This document shows positions 47,784-58,558 of a stretch of 64,000 nt of DNA, piece by piece. Source of the stretch: Adineta vaga (Eukaryota > Animalia > Rotifera); NCBI GenBank assembly GCA_021613535.1, contig CP075492.1, positions 13,950,001 to 14,014,000 of the forward strand, written 5' to 3'. Position numbers and translations under genes: made by a program. A model generated the notes under the pieces. That model worked only from the letters and a program-made list of their open reading frames with translations. It had not been told where the DNA came from and did not search any database. The stretch's first letter is position 1. Each line of letters opens with the position of its first letter.

Positions 47784-49687
47784 ATGTCCTATTCGTATTC
47801 TTCGAAGTCAAAGACGAAATCTATGGACCAATGTTCGATTTGTTTGAGTGCATTAGCACCAGGAACACCACTTCTCATCTTATCATGTAATCATAAATAT
47901 CATTTCCAATGTTTGATGTCGAGTGTGCAAGCACAAAATAATCAATGTCCACTATGTCGAGCAACAATCGATCAATCAATGGTTCAATTATTATCAGCAA
48001 ATCGAAATGTTCAATATGTAAGTAAAATCGTTTCTATACGTCTCTTTACAATTGTTCCTTATTCTGAAGCATACTCCACATTCAAGAGAAGATACAATTG
48101 ATGAAACGGTTAATCGATCACTTTCCAGTCAAGGTAGTAGTAGAGAAGGAGCTGGGGCATCAGCATCAGCAGTGCATCATTCGACGATTGCAATTGCCAC
48201 TAAGCTAGAATATAAAGAACAAGTATCTAAAAGAGAATCAAACATCTATGGACTTGTTACTCTTCAGGCAACTTCATCACGACAATCGTCGACATTATCT
48301 CGTGTCCCGATTGACCTTGTTTGTGTTGTTGATCAAAGTGCATCGATGTCAGGTGTTAAAATGATTCTATTGAAAGAAACATTAATCTATATTACTGAAC
48401 AATTGACAGAATATGATCGATTGGCTATTATCTCATTTGACAACTGCGCTTATGATCGATCACATGGATTAAAACGAATGAATTCTCAAAAGTAAGTACA
48501 TTTCTATGAATGTGTACGGTTATCTATATTATCTGATTATATTTAGTAAACACAGATTTCATGTCGCAATCAATGATGATATTGAAGATGGATTTAGTAC
48601 TAATATTAAATGTGGATTAGAAATGGGAATTAATCTCTTTCGACATCGTCAAGCAAAGAATCCCATCAGTGCATTATTTTTACTTACTGATGGTCAAGAT
48701 GATGAGGTTCAAGATTATTCTCAAGTTATGAGACGATTACCCAATGATGTAGTTTGTCATACATTTGGCTATGGATCAGATCATGCAGCACCATTACTAG
48801 TACAGTTAGCTGAATGGGGTAATAGTGGTACTTTCACTTATATTGTAAGTTCAACACTGATTAGATGTATCAACTTGTTGAAAACATTTTTTCCTACTAG
48901 GATAAACACGAAGCTGTTGGTCCAGCATTTGCTACGGCATTAGCTGGTCTCCTAACATGTATAGCACAAAACATTCGTGTTAATATTCAATTTAACGATG
49001 GATATCGAGTTACTCATGTTCATTCTATTTATAAATATGTTCCTAAAGATTTACCATCACCAAAGATTACTTTCAAATTAAATGATCTTAATGCTGATGA
49101 AAAACGCAATCTTATTTTTCAGTTACATGTACCTAAATTGAGACATTCATCTTCATCACAAAATCATACAATAGGTATAAGTTCATCGTAGTGTTAGATA
49201 AATATATAAATTCATCTTTTATGAATCAGGTCATGTTTCAATTGTATATACTGATCCAAATAGTAATCATACGTTAACGACACCACCTGTTCCTTTTCAT
49301 CTCATTCGAACTTCTCGTCCATCTTCATATCATCTACAAATCGATCGTACTATTGATCTTCAACGAAATCGAATCGAAACTGTACTTGTCTTACGTCAAG
49401 CTATGGAAGAACAAGATTATAATCAATCAATGGCTTTACTCAAAGCACAAGTCGAAAGAATAAAAGCAAGTGTATCAGCTCAAGATCCTTTTTGTCAACA
49501 ATTGATCCGAGATCTTGAATATCGTTATACAACTGAAGGTGATTATCGTTCAACATATCATAATATTTATATGCAACATGCAACAGAACGTAGTACTTAT
49601 TCAAGTGCAAGTAGTTCCAGTGCACAAATATACTCTACTATAAATCAATTGCAACAAATAAACAATTATGAAAGACGATCAGATTAA
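47784..49687 (+). CDS. RING finger - vWA - Vwaint-like protein (architecture of plant WAV3-type E3 ligases)
   Basis: CSICL...CNHKYHFQC...CPLCR; PIDLVCVVDQSASM (MIDAS DxSxS); LLTDG; HTFGYGSDH; C-terminal QRNR...QHATER. Five exons with compatible phases. Confidence 0.85.
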
Positions 49688-50223
49688 TATTCATGACGAA
49701 ACTAAAAAAGAACATTTTTTTCTATGGACATAAGAAATAAAAACATCGAACTTCCTCTTCTTTTATATCGACTCGATATTAGTCATAGGTGCAGACAAAG
49801 GAACCTTCAATTAATGCATTTCGACGAAACTATAAAATAGTCAAAGCAAGAAGAGGATGAATCATCTTAGAATATTTTATGACTAAATGGCCACACTCTT
49901 TAAGTTTGCTTGTCATTTAAATAAAGAAATTTTACTCATAATATTCATAAAAACGATATTTATATTTTTATCATATTATTTACTTAGTCATATATACATT
50001 ATCCTTTAACGCGACGAGAGACCTGTTTGTCTGAGTTATTTTCTTTTTTTTTCATCAAAATTTCCACAAGCAAAGTATGTAAATCTGTCCACGGTGACGC
50101 ATCGATATTTTTTCCTTAACACGTAGCGGCTTCGATGACTCATCGTAAATTTATTTGCGCTCCTATCCTATAAAAAAATGTACTTGCTTTCCGTTTTACA
50201 TGGTAAAAGATTGAAAAATAACT

Positions 50224-52966
50224 ATGCTTTATATTAAACAGCAAGAATCAACTTCAAACGTTTCAAAAAAACTGATTCCTCTCAAAGAGGTTTCTGTCGA
50301 TACTCGTATTCATTCATTTGCTGCTGATGTCACTATTACGCAATTGTTTCGAAATGATGAATTAGTACCAGTTGAAGCAGTCTATTGGTATAAAAGAAGT
50401 TTATCATTGTTTTTCTTTTTGTAAATTATCTGTTTAAATTTGTAGTTTTCCCGTCGAAGAAAATGCAGCAATCTATGCATTTGTTGCTCATATTGACGAC
50501 GAACGTGAAATCATCGCTGAACTGAAAGAAAAGAAAATTGCACAAGAAGAATATTCACAAGCACTTGCACATGGTCATGGTGCGTATTTACTTGAACAAG
50601 ACGAAGCTTCGAATGATGTATTTGTTGTTAGTGTTGGAGCGTACGTATTATATTGTTATTTTGTTACAGAATCTGTTGCATAGTTATTCCCTTAAAACAT
50701 TATTCTAGATTGAAACCAAATAGTCAATGTCGTATTACCATCAGTTATGTGAGTGAACTGGATCTATTGCACGGCAATACAAAACCACTCATTCGTTTTG
50801 TTGTTCCCACAACTATTGCACAACGTTATTCTCCTGAACAAAAAAGTATTTCATCACCAGGTGGAACTCAAGTTCAATATGCTGACTCAGTACCTTACAC
50901 AATGGAATTTCAATGCCATGTGGATAAATTAGATCAGAATGTTGTTGGCGTATCATCTCCATCACATCCAATCAAAATCGATATTAGTAATCCGGAAACT
51001 TTTCTCGTTTCCTTCAGTCAACAAAGTGTTCAATTAGAGTATGTTATTGAATAGAAAAGATAGAACGTTTTTTCGACAAAAAGTTCATGATGTATTCTAG
51101 TCGTGATATTATTATTGACATTGAGTTATCACAAATGAAAACAAGGACGATTGCTGCTGTCGAAAAAGGTGCTCTAATGGTTTCATTTATGCCGAATGAG
51201 CAGGATTGCCAACAAAACATGAACAATGCGGTTAATGAGCTCTTCGTAATTGATTGCAGTGGTTCTATGGATGACGATAATAAAATTGGTCTAGCACGCA
51301 AAGCAATGATGCTGTTTCTGAAAAGTCTCCCAATTAATTGTAAATTCAATATCGTTCGCTTTGGATCTGGCTTTTCATCTCTCTTCGATGAAAATGCGTC
51401 AGTAGAATACAACGAAAATACAATGGCTCAAGCAGAATCATTGATCAAAAGTCTGTCAGCAAACATGGGTGGAACGGAATTAATTCAACCATTAGTTTGG
51501 CTTAGGAAAAATAAACCAAGTAAAGGGTGTATGAGACAAATTTTTCTACTCACTGATGGAGAAGTATCAAATGTTTCGCAGGTGACTAGCCTTTGTAGTG
51601 AAATGGCTGCATATACACGAATCTTTTCATTTGGTCTCGGTCATTCAGTAAGTGATTGACTTTCTACTGATATATATGCACCACGATATCTTTTTTATTT
51701 ATTATAGCCTAGTCGTGCTCTCGTTAAAGGTCTTGCTCGAGCGACTAATGGTCATTTTATTTTTATTCCTCCAAATACCAATGTCGATATTCATGTTGCC
51801 GAACAACTTGCTCGTGCTCTTCAACCAAGCCTGACAAATACACTTATTAAATGGAAGACTAATCAAACGGTTCTGCACAGTGTATCTGAACATGTATCAC
51901 CGATATTTATTGGTGATCGAATGCTATTCTATGCTTTACTTGACGAATCAATGCCTTTTGACGATTCGACCACTGTTGAAATAACATGCAAAGAACGTTC
52001 CGAACCCATCAGTATAGTTTCTATTCAAGAATCAATATCGAACTATAATCCACAAACGATTACACGTTTGGCAGCTAAAGTAGTTCTCCGCGAACTTCAA
52101 CATGCATCTGAAAATACACCTAAAGCGCTTCTAATTGATCTTTCTATTAAATATGGTGTTCTTTGTCCATATACAGCATTTATTGGAGTTGAGAAACGAT
52201 GCGATGCTAACAGTGAAAGTAATGCCGATATGGAACTTCGCGAAGTAGCAATTATGCCAGGACCCATATATCAACGTTTATCAACACAATCGACACGTTA
52301 TCAGACAGCGCACGATTCTTCTTCAAAAAGCATCTTTCTTCAAGGTCAAACTGATTCGATTAATGATATAATGCAAAGAAACATAGGCATGATCCTAGAA
52401 AGAGGTGAACGACTTGACAATTTAGAGATGCGATCTGATGTCATGTGTTGCCAATCACAACAGTTTAGTATAGCAACACGTAAGATAAGGAAAAGTAGCA
52501 TAGGCGTTGGATCATTTTGCAGCCTATTGCCAAATTTGCTTCGTCTTTTTTTACTACGAAAAAAGATGACTCTAAAATAAATACAACACCTTCTATTAAC
52601 CATCAATCGCAACCAAAATCCGATGCTGATTGGCCAACAAATGAACAACAATTAGTTGAACGCTTTATTGAACGACAACAATATGATGGATTATGGAAGT
52701 TAACAGAAGATGACGTGATGAAATTAACAAGCAAATCGTTCGCTGATTTCTCGTCGTCAATACTTGATAAAGTAGAGAAAAATAATCAATACCTGATCGT
52801 AACAACAATATTAACAATTGTCATATTGGAGAAACGTTGTGCGTCTAGCAAAACACTTTGGCAAGTTCTATCGAATAAAGCTGAGAAACGTTTATTAGAA
52901 TTACTTGGTGGAAATCGGACAGAACTCGAGCAATTGATCGAACACATTCGTGCTCAATTAATTTAA
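50224..52966 (+). CDS. VWA5A-like VIT-vWA protein with an internal R-SNARE motif; apparent 1-nt frameshift at 52515-52518
   Basis: VIT: IPLKEVSV...ADVTITQLF.N...VEAVY..FP; vWA: VIDCSGSM, FNIVRFGS, ANMGGTEL, FLLTDGEV, IFSFGLG; LSIKYGVLCPYTAFIGVE; SNARE segment IMQRNIGMILERGERLDNL; C-terminal QQYDGLW lies in the next frame. Confidence 0.85.
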
Positions 52967-53576
52967 AAACTTCTTCTTCTCCTATTTTGCTTTGTATGTG
53001 TAAAAACGAGTTCTCGTTAATGAACCATCATACATTCACTTCTTTCCGACAAAATTTCATCAAAAGATTTTCTTGTATAATGTTTATGAATCAAAAAATA
53101 AAAGAAAAAATATACTTTCGATATTTATAGTTCGATCGTTAGTAAAACAACGATTCGAATAGACAGACAATCTTGCAAATGAGAGTATGACGACAGATGT
53201 GCAAAAATTACAATTTTATTTTCTTTTAAATTTAACTAATGTTGGATCATCGGTCCTACGATACAAAATGCATTAGCGCATCAACACTATCGTTAAATTA
53301 AACACATTTCTTTGTTATGATTTTTTTCTAAATTATGACTTTATTGTGAGACGAAGAAGAAGAAGAAGAATAGTCTGAATAATTGTTAGAAAATAACATG
53401 TAAAAAATTAAGTAAAATTAAGCTTGATAAAATATATACGTCAATTGTTTTCCATATGGACCCATTATTTCATGAAATATCTTCTAAATAAGAAAATAAA
53501 CGATAAATATCGATAGATGAACACAACAATTTCTTTTTCATCAAAAGTGATCAAAAATAAAATCACATGACTTACA

Positions 53577-54208
53577 TTACTGTCTTTCTTGATAAGCATA
53601 TGGAAAATTACGACGTGTCGCTGAAATGTCAATGCCATGAGCAGCTAGTGTGGCTAGGGCTTCTTTTTTTTCTTCACTCGTAAGATCTCCGACTATATCC
53701 TTGAGTTTAATTTGACCATCTTTGAGCTTTTCAACTATCTCGGCAAGCATCTCTTTCTCGTCAGGCTCATTGTGTCTTTCTTGATAAGTGCTTGGAAATT
53801 TACGACGTGCAGCTGAAATGTCAATGCCATGAGCAGCTAGTGTGGCTAGGGCTTCTTTTTTTTCTTCACTCGTAAGATCTCCGACTATATCCTTGAGTTT
53901 AATTTGACCATCTTTGAGCTTTTCAACTATCTCGGCAAGCATCTCTTTCTCGTCAGGTTCATTGTGTCTTTTTTGAGAAGCCCTAAAAACATTTAAAACG
54001 TTTAGCTGAAAGTTTATTATCGTACGTAGTTAATTTAGCTCTGACAGCAACCTTCTGCACACCACTACTCTCACACTCGTTATACATACTCTCGTTGTTT
54101 GAGCGACATATCGTTTGCAAAAACGGGTTTTATTGATCGTCCACGACATACCGTGCTCAATGCAACTAGTAACGTCAGAACAGAAACGATAAGACTTGCA
54201 CGATGCAT
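53577..54208 (-). CDS. Small secreted precursor protein with two near-identical 64-aa repeats flanked by basic cleavage-like sites
   Basis: Exons 54152-54208 (MHRASLIVSVLTLLVALST), 54026-54054 (KVAVRAKLT) and from 53982 (ASQKR-HNEPDEKEMLAE...DISAARR...). Phases 0 and 2 match. A further short exon near 53480 is possible. Confidence 0.75.
53580..53966 (-). repeat. 192-nt direct tandem duplication (2 copies)
   Basis: Met codons at 53942 and 53750 begin essentially identical sequences. Confidence 0.95.
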
Positions 54209-56330
54209 TCTGTTGAAAAGTGCGATGTTTTTTCTTTTGATGTTCGGGACTTATATATATTACACCTTTTGATTAGAACACGCAAAAGTGGCGAAAGAGA
54301 AATGAAAGAAGGAGGCGAAACAAATTGATTTCTATTTACATTTTGATTTATTCTGTGTGTCTTCCATTATCTGAATAAATCATCCATAGCCAGAAAAAGA
54401 ATATTGCATTTAAATTGCTTTTTAATATTTTCAATATGCGAAATGGTAGTCAAATTAATTATATTGATGTCTAATTCGCGATACTTTATTTTTCTCTTTC
54501 AAAACATCGTTGTTTATTATACACCTTCACAGTTTTTCTCTTTTTTTTTCTTTTTAATTGTCAATGAAACATAAAAGTGATTCGATGTGTTAGAAATATG
54601 TTCGCTCTTATTAAATATCGGATCCATGATACAACATTTTATATCATCTATTCTATAGTAGTATTAATCAAAAACTACGACCGTAAAAGCTTTCTTCAAT
54701 CATTAAAATGTAATACATCAATCTTCATTTACTTATAATTAATGCTTTTTTTTCTTACATATTTACATCAAAACAAGCAAATCGCATGACAGAAACTTAG
54801 AAGAAAGACATCGATTGAAAAACATAGTTTTTGTATTCTAATCAAACGATTATTTTCGCTATTAACTTTAGCTACTCTACATCATAGATGAATATATCAA
54901 TAACTATTATGCAGATCGATGGTATCGTAGATGTTTTATGATGAATATTCGAAATTAGAATTATCATCAAGGTTATTATCTTCTTCGATAAAAATCAAGT
55001 CTAGATAAAATAAAATTCTCGTGTTCATCAGTGAAGTTTCGTCGTATACTTTGAAGATTTGACCAAGATTTAGTTATGAATCTAGAATCATTCGAAGACT
55101 ATATCGATTTTTTTATACATTTCTTACAGAATTTTGTTGTTTCAATCCAAAATTTTGAAATGTTAACAACTAATCGAACAAATGCTGCTTATTTGTCTCA
55201 ATAAAGCAAAACAAAAAAAAATCTATGCTTAAATAAGTAAATGTTATTTTGCTCGCAAATATTGACTCATAGAACATATCTTCTAGAAAGATTAATTAAC
55301 ACAATAGAATTATTAACTTAACTTTTATTGGATTTTATTCATATTACATACAATATTTCTGAATTAATCCATCATTACTATTGAACACTAATCAGCTGAA
55401 GATAGATATACAAATCCATTGATGTAAATATTCAATTATTCAAATCAATCGAAAGCATGTCAAATATATTTATGAGAGATATGATTGAGAGGAGATAATC
55501 GAAAAATACCTAAAGTATCATTTAAATTCATTGCTGTCTCATAGCTCAAGATGGATAGGACTTCGCACGACAAAATTGTTTTTCATTGACCGCGTCCATT
55601 ATATACTCTTGTTATAGTGTTGCTATTAAGACAAGGACAGAGAGAGAGAGAATGAGATTTGTACAATGAAATTGTTGAATTAAAGAATATTTATTGAGAA
55701 AATCTCAGCAATTATCAGTGAATAAATAAATATTTCTTATCCACACAGTGAAGAGAAATAAAAAAAATGCAAAGATTGCGGTGTCTATTTACATTCGTTT
55801 CCTGTCATAGAAATTATCTGTAAACAATGATAGTTAAATTATTTTTTGATATTTTCAACGTCTGAGATGATAATTAAAAGATACTATCGTTTTCTTAATT
55901 GCATGTTTTTCTGTTACAATAAAAACATGCACTAGATATTTTCGGTCAAATGTCCTTTTATCAGGTCATAAACGGGCAAATATAATAGCAATGAAGATAA
56001 ACACCGTTCGCTCGATTTCAACCGTTATAAATTAGCAGTCAGAATCCATATCACATTGTTAGATTGTATAATGTCGTTAGAGATTTTGCAAGACGTATTA
56101 ACACGCACTCACCATAGTTATTTATTTGGATCATTTTTTGTCTTTAATAAATGTATGATTTCAATTAGATTTAGTTGCATTATTTCTAACATAGAATTCA
56201 TTAAACTTTTTGGTATTCCTTTCCAGATTTAATAGACGTTGATTTCATATTTCGACGCTCACTCATGGTATGGAAAAGCGCGTAAATATATTTATTTAAA
56301 AAGAACATTAAAATACCGAAGAAAAAAAAA

Positions 56331-57290
56331 CTAAGGATTTCCAAGTGCATCAATATGATCCTGAGTTAATTCTTTCACATAAACGTGTAATTCAACAATT
56401 AATCCTTGGAATGTTCCAGAATGTGCAATCATATTGGAATCATATGATGAACCCGATCGCGCTGATAACGATTTTGCTAATGTTATATAATTATTTTGAT
56501 TAGATGCCGAATAAGAAAATGATGTTGATTGATTGATTGATTAATGTTCCATTAATATACAATTGAAGTCCAACAGATAAAGAGTATGTTGTCGTTTTAT
56601 ATGATTCCAAACATTAATCGTTAGAATTAAATCATTAACAATAACTGGAGAGAGTTTTCAACAACGACTAACAATTTCACCATTGAAAAGAAAACCTAAC
56701 ATATCAATGCACCATCCATTGACCATCACTTTGAGAAGAAAGATGAAGAAGTGGTGCTTCTTGTAAAATCTTTGGTTGTATCCATAATGAAATTGAATAC
56801 GGTTGATTTGATTGTCCTAAACGAGCAAAATCTCTGATCTAAAATCAAAACAAAGGATTTCTATCTCGAAAGTTATATTATTCACTATCACATACTTTGT
56901 ATAAGGATGTATTTAACGAAAAATTTAGTGCATCATGAATTCGTTCAGTATAGAAGATGTACGTCGACAACATCAACTGCATTGAGTTGATTGCCACTTG
57001 AATCATTATTCATCCAAAAATCATAAAATGTTGATTTCGAAAAGAATTGGCATGTCTTATTATTAGTAAAACAACTGAATGAACCAATACCAATGGAAAT
57101 GATTGCATTTAGAGCGCTTCATTATGGAAGATTTGATGATAAATAACATGATTTCAGGTCATTAGGAGACGTTCGTGACTGGAAGTTTTAATCATTAACA
57201 ATATGTTGTTTTTCTCTTTAACCCACAAGACAAAGAAAAAGTCTTTTACTTTCCGTAATTATTCTTGTTCATGTGCAAATAGAAATGAAA
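56331..57290 (-). pseudogene. Decayed PAN-like + LamG secreted-protein gene (paralog type of 43076-44995)
   Basis: Fragments FSCFTNNKTCQFF, LGQSNQPYSISLWIQP, GWCIDMLGF, WNHI, LQLYINGTL and FQGLIVELHVYVKELTQDHIDALGNP*, with several frameshifts and in-frame stops. The 5' boundary is approximate. Confidence 0.75.
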
Positions 57291-57535
57291 TATTTATTGA
57301 TGAGTTTTCACTTGTCACAATACAGTCCAATAAATAAGAAAATAGTACAAAGAGATCTTTCTTCATTTTGTACAGAAAACGCCTATATATATATATATAT
57401 CTATGAAAAACTGAAAACTAACATCAAGAAAACTATTTTGAACTTATGGAAGGCAAGCTCTTGTTTTAACCATTTATTGAAAGACATTAAAACAGACAAC
57501 AATAAATTTTGAAATAACAAAAAAAAGACGATCTA

Positions 57536-58558
57536 TTAATTAAATTCTTGTAAGTGTATCATTGGATTTGTTTCATGAGAAATCGATTGTCGAGGTAAAA
57601 CATAGAGAAGTGAATTAAGAATTGCAAAACCAAAACCAAGAACAAAAGCACCGATAGCAACACAAAGTTCATGAATACGATCTGCAAGAGGATGTGTAGA
57701 CCCTCGAAAAATAGATTGTAATAAGAAAAAAACTGTCGAAAGTCCAGGAATAGTAATAATAAAACAAATTTTTAAAATCGATCTTATAATCATGACTTCC
57801 CGTTTTGTATGAAGTGTAAGGCCACGTTTTGGTAATTTTCTTACGTATTTAATAACTTTAGAATACATGTATAATATGAGACCCATTGGTATAACATAGC
57901 AAACAAAAAGTGAATAAGTAAAACCAGAAATATTCGTAAATGAGATCATACAATGATATTGCTCAGGAAAATAAGAGAAAACATGAAAAATATTATAAGC
58001 TGGAATGGTAAGAAGAAATGAAACGACCCAACTTAAAAAAACTAATAAAAGATAGAAATAAGGACTATGAGTTGGTATTCGACATATATTCATTGTATTT
58101 ATGTTTGGTTTGTAAATAATATTAATAAAACGAGATAGAGCTTGAAGTAAAAAACTATGATAGAGTTTACTTGTTAAAACAAAAATAAAACCAACTTGCA
58201 GTCGACAAAAAGTTGAATCGCCAAGATTAATAAGATTTCTTAAAAGAAAAAAATCTCCAATAAATGTTCGACAAATCATTGATAACCATGTTATATTAAG
58301 CAGAAAAAGTACGAAATATGTATTACCGATAAGTATTAATGAGACATTATCATTGAAAGGAGATGCTAATGATGGAATTCGATTATTTAGATGTTGTTTG
58401 GAGATTATATTTATATATAATCGGTAGATAATAAGAATAAGAAGAATGAATGCAGTAACAAGAGAAAGAATATGAGCGAGAAGTGTAATACAATTCATAA
58501 GAATACCGATCGACTTCGAATCCGAATTATATTTGTTGTTATGCATCAAAATCACCAT
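57536..58558 (-). CDS. Divergent rhodopsin-family 7TM GPCR; intronless CDS
   Basis: 340 aa with seven hydrophobic segments; FCRLQ (TM3 Cys), LQALSRF (DRY position), W in TM4, ECL2 Cys (YHC), YVIP...Y in TM5. Confidence 0.82.
   Translation of the reverse strand: MVILMHNNKYNSDSKSIGILMNCITLLAHILSLVTAFILLILIIYRLYINIISKQHLNNRIPSLASPFNDNVSLILIGNTYFVLFLLNITWLSMICRTFIGDFFLLRNLINLGDSTFCRLQVGFIFVLTSKLYHSFLLQALSRFINIIYKPNINTMNICRIPTHSPYFYLLLVFLSWVVSFLLTIPAYNIFHVFSYFPEQYHCMISFTNISGFTYSLFVCYVIPMGLILYMYSKVIKYVRKLPKRGLTLHTKREVMIIRSILKICFIITIPGLSTVFFLLQSIFRGSTHPLADRIHELCVAIGAFVLGFGFAILNSLLYVLPRQSISHETNPMIHLQEFN

Noticed and set aside
52505-52525. Programmed ribosomal frameshift in the VIT-vWA gene
   Set aside because: No canonical slippery heptamer or evident stimulatory structure; it matches the window-wide single-base deletion pattern.
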